Positions 48,658 to 58,209 of a DNA stretch of 64,000 nucleotides are shown one piece after another. Location: assembly GCA_943350045.1 (NCBI GenBank), contig CALQZW010000001.1, positions 9,760 to 73,759 of the forward strand. Reading direction: 5' to 3'. The stretch is from Candidatus Nomurabacteria bacterium. GTDB taxonomy: Bacteria > Patescibacteriota > Minisyncoccia > Phycocordibacterales > UBA9973. The translations under genes and the position numbers were made by a program. How positions within the stretch are numbered: position 1 is the first letter of the stretch; each line of letters begins with the position of its first letter. Under the pieces are notes generated by a model. The model did no database searches. It was given only the letters and a program-made list of their open reading frames with translations, and was not told where the DNA came from.

Positions 48658-49509
48658 CTAATTAGTAGCATTGAAAGTTTTTTTTGGCAAATCGAAGCCG
48701 TCGATTTCAAGTGCCGTGAGGGCGACGATGCACTCAGATATCGTACCAGAAAAAAGTGAATATATTTCTTCCAATGATTTATTTTGTGCAACAAGTTCCA
48801 GAATTTCTTTTTGCTGAGGAGAGAGTGTGTCCGTGTTTTTTTCTTGCACTTCACTTTTTTCAATTCCGAATATTTCACGAATATCATCACCACATGTAAT
48901 TGGCGTTGCTCCTTGGCGAATCAGGTTGTTGGTTTCTTTTGCAAACGGTGTTGTGATTTCTCCAGGAACTGCGAGAACATCTCGGTTGTAGTCGAGTGCC
49001 ATACGAGCAGTAATGAGTGTGCCAGATTTTTCTGTTGCCTCGACGACGAGCACTGCATGAGCAATCCCAGCCATGAGACGGTTTCGTCTTGGAAAGCCCC
49101 ATGGAGTTGCCCTGAACTTTTTCGGAAACTCAGAAATCAAAGCACCTCCGTTTTGAAGTATACGCTCGGCGAGGGCAAAGTTGCTGGCAGGGTACAGTAC
49201 GCTCGCATCTAACCCCGACCCAGGAAAGGCGATAGTGGACAACCCGACTGCGAGCGCCGTCTCGTGAGCAACGGTGTCTATTCCAAGCGCTAATCCCGAC
49301 ACTATATATATGTCTGTACCGGCAAGCTCTGAAATTATTTTCCGACAGGCTTCTTGTGCATAGACACTATGATTGCGCGACCCTACGGCGACAAGGTATT
49401 TTCCGTCTTTTCGAGGTACTTTTCCAACACAAAAGAGCTTTTTGGGCGGGTGAGGGATTTCTGCCAGTTGTTTTGGTAAATCGCACAGTGGTATTTCAAT
49501 ACTATCCAT
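48658..49509 (-). CDS. dprA: DNA-processing protein DprA
   Basis: VGSR, VSGLALGID, FPRRNR, SGTLITA, AVPG. Confidence 0.95.
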   Translation of the reverse strand: MDSIEIPLCDLPKQLAEIPHPPKKLFCVGKVPRKDGKYLVAVGSRNHSVYAQEACRKIISELAGTDIYIVSGLALGIDTVAHETALAVGLSTIAFPGSGLDASVLYPASNFALAERILQNGGALISEFPKKFRATPWGFPRRNRLMAGIAHAVLVVEATEKSGTLITARMALDYNRDVLAVPGEITTPFAKETNNLIRQGATPITCGDDIREIFGIEKSEVQEKNTDTLSPQQKEILELVAQNKSLEEIYSLFSGTISECIVALTALEIDGFDLPKKTFNATN

Positions 49510-49557
49510 ATATGGTAGTATATATTTACCGTGTTATTAAAAATCTAAACTCTCACT

Positions 49558-50820
49558 ATGCTCGACATTAAATTCATTCGTGACAATCAGGACGTTGTTC
49601 GTGAAGCTATACGCCGAAAGGCCGTATCGCTTGATTTGAACGAACTTATTGCGCTCGATGACCGCCGTCGTGAAGTGCAGAGTTCTGCTGAAACTATCCG
49701 CGCCGAACAGAAGCGCATCTCCGACAAGGTACAATCTGCAACTCCCGAAGAGCGCGAGGCTCTTTTGGCTGAGATTCGACCACTCAAAGAACAGTACGGA
49801 ATAAAAGAAGAAGAACTCAAGGAAATAATGGTGAAGTGGCGCGAACTCATGCTCTCTGTACCAAACGTTCCTGACATGACTGTTCCAGACGGAGCCAGTG
49901 ATGAAGACAATCAAGAAATTCGTACATGGGGAGAGAAACCACAATTTTCTTTTACTCCAAAAGATCATGTTGCTCTTTGCGAGCTTCATGACCTTGCCGA
50001 CTTTGAGCGTGGTTCAAAAGTAGCAGGCTTCCGTGGTTACTTTATGAAAAACGAAGGAGCTCAGCTCTTCTTTGCACTCTGGCAGTTTACTCTCAACTAT
50101 TTCATCGAGCAGGGATATACTCCGATGATTGTTCCATCACTCGTAAAGCGCGAGACACTCTTTGGTACAGGATATCTTCCACAAGGTGAGGAGGATTTGT
50201 ACAAAACTCAGGACGACGACTTTCTAGCAGGTACTGCCGAGGTCGCAACAATGAGCTATTACTCAGGAGAAATTTTGACAAAAGCCGATCTCCCGAAAAA
50301 GTTCATTGCCTTTTCTCCATGCTTCCGTCGTGAAGCGGGAGCCCATGGAAAAGATGTAAAAGGAATCATTCGCGTGCATGAGTTCTTTAAGCTCGAACAG
50401 GTTCTTTTGTCTGAGGCCAATCACGAAACATCAGTACGCCTTCATGAAGAAATTACTGCACATGTCGAAAATCTCATGCAGGCACTCAAGCTCCCATACC
50501 ATGTCGTTGTAAACTGTACTGGCGACCTTGGGCTCGGACAGGTAAAGAAATATGACATCGAGGCGTGGATGCCGTCACAGGAAAAATACCGTGAGACACA
50601 TTCTTCTTCTTACTTCCATGATTTCCAGACACGCCGATTGAATATTCGCTATCGTGACGACGACGGAACACTTCGCTACGTTCACTCACTCAATAACACT
50701 GCCTGTGCAACAAGCCGTCTCCCAGCTGCGATTTTGGAAAACTACCAAGAAGCCGATGGACGTATTCGTATTCCAGATGTTTTGAGACCATACATGGGCG
50801 GGAAAGAATATATTGGATAA
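49558..50820 (+). CDS. serS: Serine--tRNA ligase
   Basis: MLDIKFIR, GTAEV, CFRREAG, RVHEF, DFQTRRLNIR, HSLNNT. Confidence 0.97.
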   Translation: MLDIKFIRDNQDVVREAIRRKAVSLDLNELIALDDRRREVQSSAETIRAEQKRISDKVQSATPEEREALLAEIRPLKEQYGIKEEELKEIMVKWRELMLSVPNVPDMTVPDGASDEDNQEIRTWGEKPQFSFTPKDHVALCELHDLADFERGSKVAGFRGYFMKNEGAQLFFALWQFTLNYFIEQGYTPMIVPSLVKRETLFGTGYLPQGEEDLYKTQDDDFLAGTAEVATMSYYSGEILTKADLPKKFIAFSPCFRREAGAHGKDVKGIIRVHEFFKLEQVLLSEANHETSVRLHEEITAHVENLMQALKLPYHVVVNCTGDLGLGQVKKYDIEAWMPSQEKYRETHSSSYFHDFQTRRLNIRYRDDDGTLRYVHSLNNTACATSRLPAAILENYQEADGRIRIPDVLRPYMGGKEYIG

Positions 50821-50838
50821 TCTGAGCGTAGCTCATTC

Positions 50839-51747
50839 ATGGCATCAGCACCTTCACTTAAAAAACAAATCCACGAGTCAGCAGAAATGCAAAAGCTACG
50901 CAAGAAGCGTATGCGTGTTCGTCGTCGCATCACAATAATTGTGAGCGTTTGTACTGTAGTTTTTTTAACAGGACTTGTATTTGCTTCTCGCATTGAAAAG
51001 ATTCGTATCCGTGAAGTCACTGTCTCCGGAAATCAAATCATCGACACTGAAGACGTTGTCTCTATAGTCCAAGCAAATATTTCTGGAATGTACGCATATG
51101 TCATCCCGCGCAATAACGCCTTCTTGTATCCAAAAAAATCAATCGAGCGCGAGTTGGTAAACACATTTCCACGATTCAACTACATCTCTGTTTCTCTTGA
51201 AGGAACGAAGGGGATTTCGGTTACCGTTGAAGAAGAACGAGGAACGGCACTGTGGTGTGGAAGCGATGGATCAAATATTGCCGACGGAGACCAGTGTTAT
51301 TTTACTGATACTGCCGGAGTTGTCATAGACAAAGCGCCATACTATTCTGGAAACGTATATTACCGCTTCTATGGAGGCGAAGTAAATATAGAGCAATCAA
51401 TACTCGGTCAGAGTTTTTTGCCAAGTGAGACATATTCAAAAATAATGGAATTTGCCGACGGAGTTGAAGAACTCGGACTTCCAATCTACGCGATTCGTGT
51501 CGACCAAGAAGGTGAGTACGTCTTTCTTTTAGACCTCGGAGGTTCTCGTCACGCTCCATTTCGCTTTCGCTCGAATGCAGATTTTCCTGTATTGCTTGCA
51601 AACCTCTCTACTGCACTCGAACGCTCAGACCTTCGCTCTCGGCTTGCCAAAGAGGGGGCATTTCTGCAATACTTCGACCTACGATTTAGTAATAAAGTGT
51701 ATTATAAGTTCTCGACACCAAGTGCGACTGTAACGCCTAAAGAATAA
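50839..51747 (+). CDS. FtsQ/DivIB-like protein
   Basis: Basic N-terminus, TM, POTRA-like VTVSGN, C-terminal YFDLRFSNKVYYK. Confidence 0.75.
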   Translation: MASAPSLKKQIHESAEMQKLRKKRMRVRRRITIIVSVCTVVFLTGLVFASRIEKIRIREVTVSGNQIIDTEDVVSIVQANISGMYAYVIPRNNAFLYPKKSIERELVNTFPRFNYISVSLEGTKGISVTVEEERGTALWCGSDGSNIADGDQCYFTDTAGVVIDKAPYYSGNVYYRFYGGEVNIEQSILGQSFLPSETYSKIMEFADGVEELGLPIYAIRVDQEGEYVFLLDLGGSRHAPFRFRSNADFPVLLANLSTALERSDLRSRLAKEGAFLQYFDLRFSNKVYYKFSTPSATVTPKE

Positions 51748-52722
51748 ATGAAAAACTTTTGGAAAGAATTAAAGAAACCGTTTTTTGTACTAGCGCCAAT
51801 GGCCGATGTCACTGACGCTTCTTTTCGTCGTATTATTGCAAAATATTCTCGTCATGGAGAGGAGGGAGGAGGCCCCGATGTCTTTTGGACTGAGTTCGTT
51901 GCCGCCGACGGATTGATGAGTCGCGGAGTAGAGGCGCTCAAATATGACCTCATGTACACGGAAGGCGAGCGACCAATAGTGGCGCAACTCTTTGGGTCTA
52001 ATCCTGAGAAAATGGAAGGCGCGGCGCGACTGTGTGCCGAGCTTGGGTTCGATGGGATTGATATAAACATGGGATGCCCAGACAAGTCTATTGAAAAACA
52101 AGGAGCTGGAGCGTGTATGATTAAACACCCAGAGGTTGCTCGGGAAATAATTCGTGCTGCAAAACGTGGAGCGCCAAACTTGCCGATTTCTGTGAAGACT
52201 CGTATTGGCTACAACACAAATGAAATAGATACGTGGATCCCACAACTGCTTGCAGAAGATATTGCAGCGCTCACTATCCATGCCCGCACTCGAAAAGAAA
52301 TGTCGAAAGTTCCAGCGCGATGGGAGCATGTAAAAGAAGTTGTAGAGATTCGCAATAAACTTGGAAAAGATACACTGATACTCGGAAACGGAGATGTTCT
52401 TGATATTGCTGACGCCAAGAAGAAAGTAGCAGAAACAGGATGTGATGGAGTCATGCTCGGGCGTGCTATTTTCGGCAATCCATGGCTCTTTGATCAAAAC
52501 AAAGGGGAAGTCTCGACAGAAGAAAAACTGCGCGTATTGGTGGAGCACACTCAGCTCTACGAAGAACTTCTCGGGCAGATTAAAAGTTTCTCAATCATGA
52601 AGAAACATTACAAGGCATATGTAAACGGATTCCCCGAAGCCAAAGAACTGCGTGAGAAACTCATGCTCTGTGAGAATGCAGCAGAGGTGGAGAGTATTGT
52701 GGAGGCGTTTTTGACAAAGTAG
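51748..52722 (+). CDS. dus: tRNA-dihydrouridine synthase
   Basis: LAPMADVTD, IDINMGCP, SVKTRIG, HART, GNGD, GRAIFGNPW. Confidence 0.95.
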   Translation: MKNFWKELKKPFFVLAPMADVTDASFRRIIAKYSRHGEEGGGPDVFWTEFVAADGLMSRGVEALKYDLMYTEGERPIVAQLFGSNPEKMEGAARLCAELGFDGIDINMGCPDKSIEKQGAGACMIKHPEVAREIIRAAKRGAPNLPISVKTRIGYNTNEIDTWIPQLLAEDIAALTIHARTRKEMSKVPARWEHVKEVVEIRNKLGKDTLILGNGDVLDIADAKKKVAETGCDGVMLGRAIFGNPWLFDQNKGEVSTEEKLRVLVEHTQLYEELLGQIKSFSIMKKHYKAYVNGFPEAKELREKLMLCENAAEVESIVEAFLTK

Positions 52723-52763
52723 CCAGATATCTATAGGATGCCGATAAACAAAAACGGTGTTCT

Positions 52764-53327
52764 ATGAAAAAGATACAGGCACAAGATGTAATCGACATTA
52801 CTGCTGTTATTGAGAATGGATGGGTGTTTGACTCCTCTCGATATCACAATTTCCCTAAAGATAGTAACTCGCAATTACTATATAGCATTCGGCATATTTT
52901 ACTGCATCAAGTAAAAACATTACCTCACCTTGACGCATTCATTACTTGCGTGGACGAAGGAAAAGACAAGTGTTCCGAATTTCCAAGCGACGCAATGGTC
53001 TTAGCTAAAAGTGTAATGAACAGCTTGAGACTCCTTACGATACTTGGTTATGGGGAGAACACGTTGCAGGCCGATAAATCCGTACGCTTCGCCCCTCTTG
53101 ATTACAAGAAAGAAATGATACGTTTACTCGGATTGCTAGCTAATACTTGTGAAAGATATGATCATAGTAGTAGAAACCCCGATTTACTTTCACTGCACAA
53201 AATTGCACTTGAAATATGGTATCAACAGGTTTCACTGTTCTATTGGGAAAAGCTACCTTGGGATTTTGCCAAGATTTGCACTCTTGTCAGAAGTATTTTT
53301 GCTCAACATACAAATGTTTTTATGTAA
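52764..53327 (+). CDS. Hypothetical protein (possible duplicated helical MazG-like unit)
   Basis: 187 aa; RHILLHQVK... and LANTCERYDH helices. Confidence 0.55.
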   Translation: MKKIQAQDVIDITAVIENGWVFDSSRYHNFPKDSNSQLLYSIRHILLHQVKTLPHLDAFITCVDEGKDKCSEFPSDAMVLAKSVMNSLRLLTILGYGENTLQADKSVRFAPLDYKKEMIRLLGLLANTCERYDHSSRNPDLLSLHKIALEIWYQQVSLFYWEKLPWDFAKICTLVRSIFAQHTNVFM

Positions 53328-53387
53328 GGTAAGAGCGTACAGAACACATTCTGTACGCTCTTTTTTTCTGCTATACTCTCACTATCT

Positions 53388-54422
53388 ATGGAACACACAG
53401 CCCTCTACCGCAAATATCGCCCAGAAGCCCTTACTGACCTCATCGGCCAAGACCATATCGTCGCCTCAATCTCTGGCGCCTTAAAAAACGACAAAGTAGC
53501 ACACGCATATTTGCTCTCTGGAAGCAGAGGGACAGGAAAGACAACCACTGCCCGTATTCTTGCAAAAGCACTCGGAACGAGTGCTACGGATATCTATGAG
53601 ATAGATGCGGCGAGTCATACAGGTGTAGATAACATTCGTGAGATTCGTGAAAATGTTGGATCGCTTCCGTTTGATTCAAAGTACAAAGTGTACATCATTG
53701 ACGAAGTGCATATGCTCTCTAAGGGAGCGTTCAATGCGCTTTTGAAAACACTCGAAGAGCCACCTGCTCATGCCGTCTTTATTCTCGCAACAACGGAACT
53801 AGAGAAAGTTCCAGAGACTATAGTCTCCCGCTGTCAGACGTTTGTATTTCGTCGTCCAAGCGAGGCCGTGCTTCGCGAGCTTATCACTGTCACTGCAAAA
53901 AAAGAAAAGGTAGCACTCGGAGCTGGAGTTGCTGATTTGATGGCCCTCCTTGCAAACGGCTCTTTCCGTGATGCTCTTGGAACGCTTCAGAAAGTCATGA
54001 CGGTAGCAGAAGGGAAGATTGAACTCTCCGATGTCGAGCGTATTACAGGAGCGCCTTCTTTGGTGTTGGTGAGAGATTTGATTGAGGCAGTAGCACGCGG
54101 AGCGCTTTCTGAAGCGCTCCGCGTCTGCGAACGCGCCCGCGAAGACAACCTCTCTACTCGCACTCTCCTCGACCTCGTCCTCCACACATTCCGCCGAATT
54201 CTTTTGGTGAAAGTTTCGCCAAACGTTGCAAAGAGTGAAATGGAAGGACTTTCGGCTGAAGAGCAAGAGTTCATCACTCGCATGGCAAAGACAGAGTCGC
54301 TTCACCTCAATTCTCAGTCGCTTATTACGCTCCTGGACGCCGTATCGCAGAGTAAGTATGCGGTTATAGAATCCCTTCCGCTTGAGCTTGCGCTGATGAA
54401 GATTTTAGGGAAGCAGGAGTAG
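53388..54422 (+). CDS. dnaX: DNA polymerase III subunit gamma/tau
   Basis: LYRKYRP, GSRGTGKTT, EIDAAS, IDEVHML, LKTLEEPP, SRC. Confidence 0.96.
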   Translation: MEHTALYRKYRPEALTDLIGQDHIVASISGALKNDKVAHAYLLSGSRGTGKTTTARILAKALGTSATDIYEIDAASHTGVDNIREIRENVGSLPFDSKYKVYIIDEVHMLSKGAFNALLKTLEEPPAHAVFILATTELEKVPETIVSRCQTFVFRRPSEAVLRELITVTAKKEKVALGAGVADLMALLANGSFRDALGTLQKVMTVAEGKIELSDVERITGAPSLVLVRDLIEAVARGALSEALRVCERAREDNLSTRTLLDLVLHTFRRILLVKVSPNVAKSEMEGLSAEEQEFITRMAKTESLHLNSQSLITLLDAVSQSKYAVIESLPLELALMKILGKQE

Positions 54423-54468
54423 GTGAACGAGCGTTCACAAATTAAAACTATCATGCTACCATATATAC

Positions 54469-55167
54469 ATGGTCAGCAATCATGCGAAAAAAGAATTAGC
54501 TGTTTCTCTCAGGAAAGAAGGGAAGACATATTCTGAAATTCTTAGAGCTGTTCCTGTTGCAAAATCTACACTCTCGCTATGGCTTCGTGCTGTAGGTCTT
54601 TCGAATAGACAAAAACAGAAAATAACTCAAGCACGGATACTTTCTGGTTTGCGTGGAGCACAAAAAAGACACAAACAAAAAATATCCACACAAGATCAGT
54701 TACACACCCAGGCACTATCAGAAATAAAAAGCATCTCTAGTGCAGAACTATTCTACATAGGAGTCACTTTATATTGGGCAGAAGGGAATAAAGAGAGAAT
54801 CGGCCAACCTGGCTCTCAGTTAATGTTTTCGAATATGGATCCAAAGATGATAGCGGTATTTTTGCAGTGGCTTATTGCTTCAGTACAGATTCGGTATGAA
54901 GATGTTTTCTATGAAATATATATTCACAAGAATCATATTCATCGAAAGGATGAAATACTCGCATATTGGAAGAAATGGACAGCTTTTTGCAAAAGCGATG
55001 ATTTTCGGGTGTATACAAAGAATACAAATGTAGCCACAAATAGAAAGAACACAAGGGAAGAGACCTATTTTGGTATTTTGCGTATAAGGGTACGAAAAAG
55101 CTCTCACTATGTCCGAAAACTTGCGGGATGGGCCGATGGGATATATGATGCAGTAGTACCAGTGTAA
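54469..55167 (+). CDS. HTH + LAGLIDADG-like protein abutting tRNA
   Basis: LRKEGKTYSEI...VAKSTLSLWL (HTH); GVTLYWAEG.K and FSNMDPKMI..FLQWL (LAGLIDADG-like). Confidence 0.7.
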   Translation: MVSNHAKKELAVSLRKEGKTYSEILRAVPVAKSTLSLWLRAVGLSNRQKQKITQARILSGLRGAQKRHKQKISTQDQLHTQALSEIKSISSAELFYIGVTLYWAEGNKERIGQPGSQLMFSNMDPKMIAVFLQWLIASVQIRYEDVFYEIYIHKNHIHRKDEILAYWKKWTAFCKSDDFRVYTKNTNVATNRKNTREETYFGILRIRVRKSSHYVRKLAGWADGIYDAVVPV

Positions 55168-55169
55168 TT

Positions 55170-55240
55170 TAGGGAATCGTCTAATGGTAGGACAGAGACC
55201 TTTGAAGTCTTTAATTGGGGTTCGAATCCCTGTTCCCTAG
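55170..55240 (+). tRNA. tRNA-Gln(TTG)
   Basis: TAGGGAATCGTCTAATGGTAGGAC...CT-TTG-AA...GGTTCGAATCC...TTCCCTAG. Confidence 0.95.
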
Positions 55241-55249
55241 CAAAACAGT

Positions 55250-56143
55250 ATGAAAATAGACCTACAGATACATACAAATCATTCTGATGGGCATGAATCA
55301 CCTAAAGAAATTATAACTCTCGCGAAAGAGGGTAAGCTCGATGTAATCGCAGTGACCGACCATGACATAGTTTCAGGTTTTCTTGAAACAAAGGAAGCTG
55401 GATCTAGTGAAAACATTATAGTTATTCCAGGGGTTGAGATTACTACAGGGTACCGTGGTCAACCGATTCATATATTAGGATATCAGATTGATATAGCGAA
55501 TCCTGAACTCGTTAATTTTTTACAATCAGTAAATGATTATAGGCAGAAGCATTTCCTCTCCATGATTCCGCAGGTAAATACAAACCTCGCAGAAAATGGA
55601 ATGCAAACTGTTAAAATAGAGGATTATAAAAACAAGTCACCAAAATACTATAGTATTCCTGGTATCGCATTGTTTCTCTATGAACAGAATATTGTTCAAG
55701 CACGAAATGATGGATTTGCTTATATTGGCGGAGTCGTAGATGTTGCCCCTACGATTGAACCTAAGGAAGCTTTTGAAATAATTCACAAGGCGGGAGGAAA
55801 AGCATTTTTAAGTCACCCTTTCGCACCTAAAATCTCTCTCAAAAATATTTCGGAAGATACGTTGGAACAAGAGAAAATCATTCTTGCATTTAAAGAATCG
55901 GGAATGGATGGTCTTGAGTGTTTTGGTACCGGACATACGCCAGAAGATGTGGAGTTTGCATTGATGCTTGCTGATAAACATAACCTGCTGATCTCTGCCG
56001 GCAGTGATTGGCATGGCTGTTTAGAGAAGACAGGAGAGACTATTAAGCAATGGTTGCCGTTTTACTTAAAAAAATTAGGGGACCTGGAAGTTCCTCAAGT
56101 AAGAATCAAGCAGATCCTTGGAGATCTTAATGTTGAAATGTAA
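55250..56143 (+). CDS. PHP domain metal-dependent phosphoesterase
   Basis: DLQIHTNHSDG, AVTDHD, GVEI, HILGY, SHP, GSDWHG. Confidence 0.92.
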   Translation: MKIDLQIHTNHSDGHESPKEIITLAKEGKLDVIAVTDHDIVSGFLETKEAGSSENIIVIPGVEITTGYRGQPIHILGYQIDIANPELVNFLQSVNDYRQKHFLSMIPQVNTNLAENGMQTVKIEDYKNKSPKYYSIPGIALFLYEQNIVQARNDGFAYIGGVVDVAPTIEPKEAFEIIHKAGGKAFLSHPFAPKISLKNISEDTLEQEKIILAFKESGMDGLECFGTGHTPEDVEFALMLADKHNLLISAGSDWHGCLEKTGETIKQWLPFYLKKLGDLEVPQVRIKQILGDLNVEM

Positions 56144-56195
56144 ATCATTACAACTATCTATGGTCTCTGTTAGTAGAACCAAATGGTTGCTCTCT

Positions 56196-56600
56196 ATGAG
56201 TCATATAATTAAAACAAATCCTTCCTTAGTCCGCCCATCCCAAGATTACCTTAAGGGTGATACTTTGGATTTTATTAAACAGAACTTCGAGGCGGGGAAT
56301 TTAGAGAAACTTCCACCTGCTCCGATTGTCAGGAAAGATGAGAATGGAGGATATATCGCCATCGATGGACATAATTTACTCGCGTTCTATTCTCTCAGAA
56401 ACATGGAGTGTTATGTATGTGTAGCAGAGAGTAAAGACGACAAGATTGAGGGAGATTCTGAAATGATTCAAAAAAGAAATACAGATTTGTTCGAAAAGTA
56501 CGACTCTGCTCTCAACGAGGCTAATAGTTTAAAAGAGAAAGGGATTGTGACGATTAAGGATTTGTGTAATTCCGCAGGTCTGAGTTTAGAATTCCGTTAG
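56196..56600 (+). CDS. Small ParB/Srx-like N-terminal domain protein
   Basis: VRPSQDYL...PPAPIVRKD..GYIAIDGHN. Confidence 0.6.
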   Translation: MSHIIKTNPSLVRPSQDYLKGDTLDFIKQNFEAGNLEKLPPAPIVRKDENGGYIAIDGHNLLAFYSLRNMECYVCVAESKDDKIEGDSEMIQKRNTDLFEKYDSALNEANSLKEKGIVTIKDLCNSAGLSLEFR

Positions 56601-56623
56601 AGTCTATTTGATATGGTGTATCC

Positions 56624-57025
56624 ATGACTCAGCAGGATTTATTACATATCGCCACATCTCGATATCAAGAGGCAAAAATATTGCTCGAAAATGGAAAACC
56701 CGAGGGATCAATGTATCTTTGTGGATACGCCTTGGAGTTGATGCTCAAAAGACGAATACTGAAATTACTTGAGTGGGACGAATATCCAGATAGTGATAAA
56801 AGATACACTTCGTTTAAGATTCATGATCTGAATGTGTTACTTCGACTGGCTGGGCTAGAAAAGAAGATTAAAATAGATCCCGTTGTATACTTACATTGGC
56901 AGGTTGCATCACAAAACTGGAGTGTTAATATGCGTTATGAGAATACTGGAAACAGCTTGAGTGTAAATGCTCGTGACATGATTAGTGGGTCAAAGGTCGT
57001 TCTTAGTTATCTCAAAGACATATGA
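56624..57025 (+). CDS. HEPN domain protein
   Basis: EAKILL..G...GSMYLCGYALELMLK...HDL..L...W...MRY. Confidence 0.85.
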   Translation: MTQQDLLHIATSRYQEAKILLENGKPEGSMYLCGYALELMLKRRILKLLEWDEYPDSDKRYTSFKIHDLNVLLRLAGLEKKIKIDPVVYLHWQVASQNWSVNMRYENTGNSLSVNARDMISGSKVVLSYLKDI

Positions 57026-57495
57026 ATGAAATCTTACAAAAAATGAATACGGTTTGTTCAGAACTAGACTCTACAGAAATGTTTGGAGAGATAGTGTTTT
57101 TGGGCATAATCGAACGAGATAATTTAGACGATGCGTGGGATATTGTCGTGGGAGGAAGTGGGGTAGTGAGAGAGAATCGCATGTCTGATATGGCGAAAAT
57201 GATTGATGTATTGAGGAAGGTCCTTGAGAATGATCTTTCATTTGTTGCCCAAATCGTTCTTCTTGAATCTAATCAAGAGTTTGTTCTCGATATGGGTCTC
57301 TATCTAGAGAGAAATAATATCAACACTGGCGAGGTGAGAGATGCTCGTTTGCTCAGTACTCGCAACAAGATTAAACGAATGTATGTAATCAAGAATAACT
57401 TTAACAAAAATGTTCTTGATCAGTTTGAAAAAGATACCCGTGCTCAAATCGAGCTTCGTAAAAATACAGTTGTTGATCAAACTCCGGCGTTTTAA
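57022..57495 (+). CDS. Hypothetical protein, candidate HEPN partner
   Basis: 4-nt overlap with HEPN gene; acidic ERDNLDDAWDIVV motif. Confidence 0.6.
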   Translation: MNEILQKMNTVCSELDSTEMFGEIVFLGIIERDNLDDAWDIVVGGSGVVRENRMSDMAKMIDVLRKVLENDLSFVAQIVLLESNQEFVLDMGLYLERNNINTGEVRDARLLSTRNKIKRMYVIKNNFNKNVLDQFEKDTRAQIELRKNTVVDQTPAF

Positions 57496-57541
57496 TTGTT
57501 TCTAAGTAAAATTTTACTTTATATAAATAGTCTGTTTCTTC

Positions 57542-58015
57542 ATGAGTACAAAAATGACCGACGCAGAATATCACGCATCACTCCCCAAAAAGCAGGTCGG
57601 TACTGCCGTCTTGTTTTTTAATACACAAAACGAGCTACTGATTCTGAAACCAAACTACAAAGAGGGTTGGCTTGTTCCTGGAGGCTCAAATGATGAAGGA
57701 GAATCACCGCTTGCCTGTGCGATTCGCGAAACTCACGAAGAGATTGGACTCCGTTTTCAGTCTTTTGATCTTGTAGGGGTGCTACACTCTTCTGGGTCAG
57801 GACATAAAGCAGACTCACTTAAGTTTATATTCAACGGCGGAATATTGTCTGAGAATCAGATTCAGGATATTCGTTTGCAGACTTCAGAATTTGATGAAAT
57901 GATTTTTCTAGATATAAATGAAGCGATCCCGCTTCTCTCAAACAGTCTCCAGAAATCTATTCCTCAGTGTATTAAGGCGATACAGGAAAAGTCTTTTGCT
58001 TACATTGACGGATAG
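57542..58015 (+). CDS. NUDIX hydrolase
   Basis: PGGSNDEGESPLACAIRETHEEIG Nudix box. Confidence 0.93.
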   Translation: MSTKMTDAEYHASLPKKQVGTAVLFFNTQNELLILKPNYKEGWLVPGGSNDEGESPLACAIRETHEEIGLRFQSFDLVGVLHSSGSGHKADSLKFIFNGGILSENQIQDIRLQTSEFDEMIFLDINEAIPLLSNSLQKSIPQCIKAIQEKSFAYIDG

Positions 58016-58209
58016 TTTTACATATTCTTATATAATATTTAGGATTCTGTTATCCCTCCCTCTGTACACTGAGTGTAAGTTGTTCATTGAAACACGCATA
58101 GCGTAGCCAAGAAAACAGAGAGCGCAATTTGTCTGTCCGCACTCTGTTTTTTGGTGTCTAAGATACGGAAATACAAAACCCCTGCAGATAGTTGCAGGGG
58201 TATACTCGA

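Noticed and set aside
51790-52548. Long antisense ORFs (also 7048-7704, 22317-22919, 35741-36289)
   Set aside because: Shadows of well-conserved genes on the opposite strand with no recognisable motifs.
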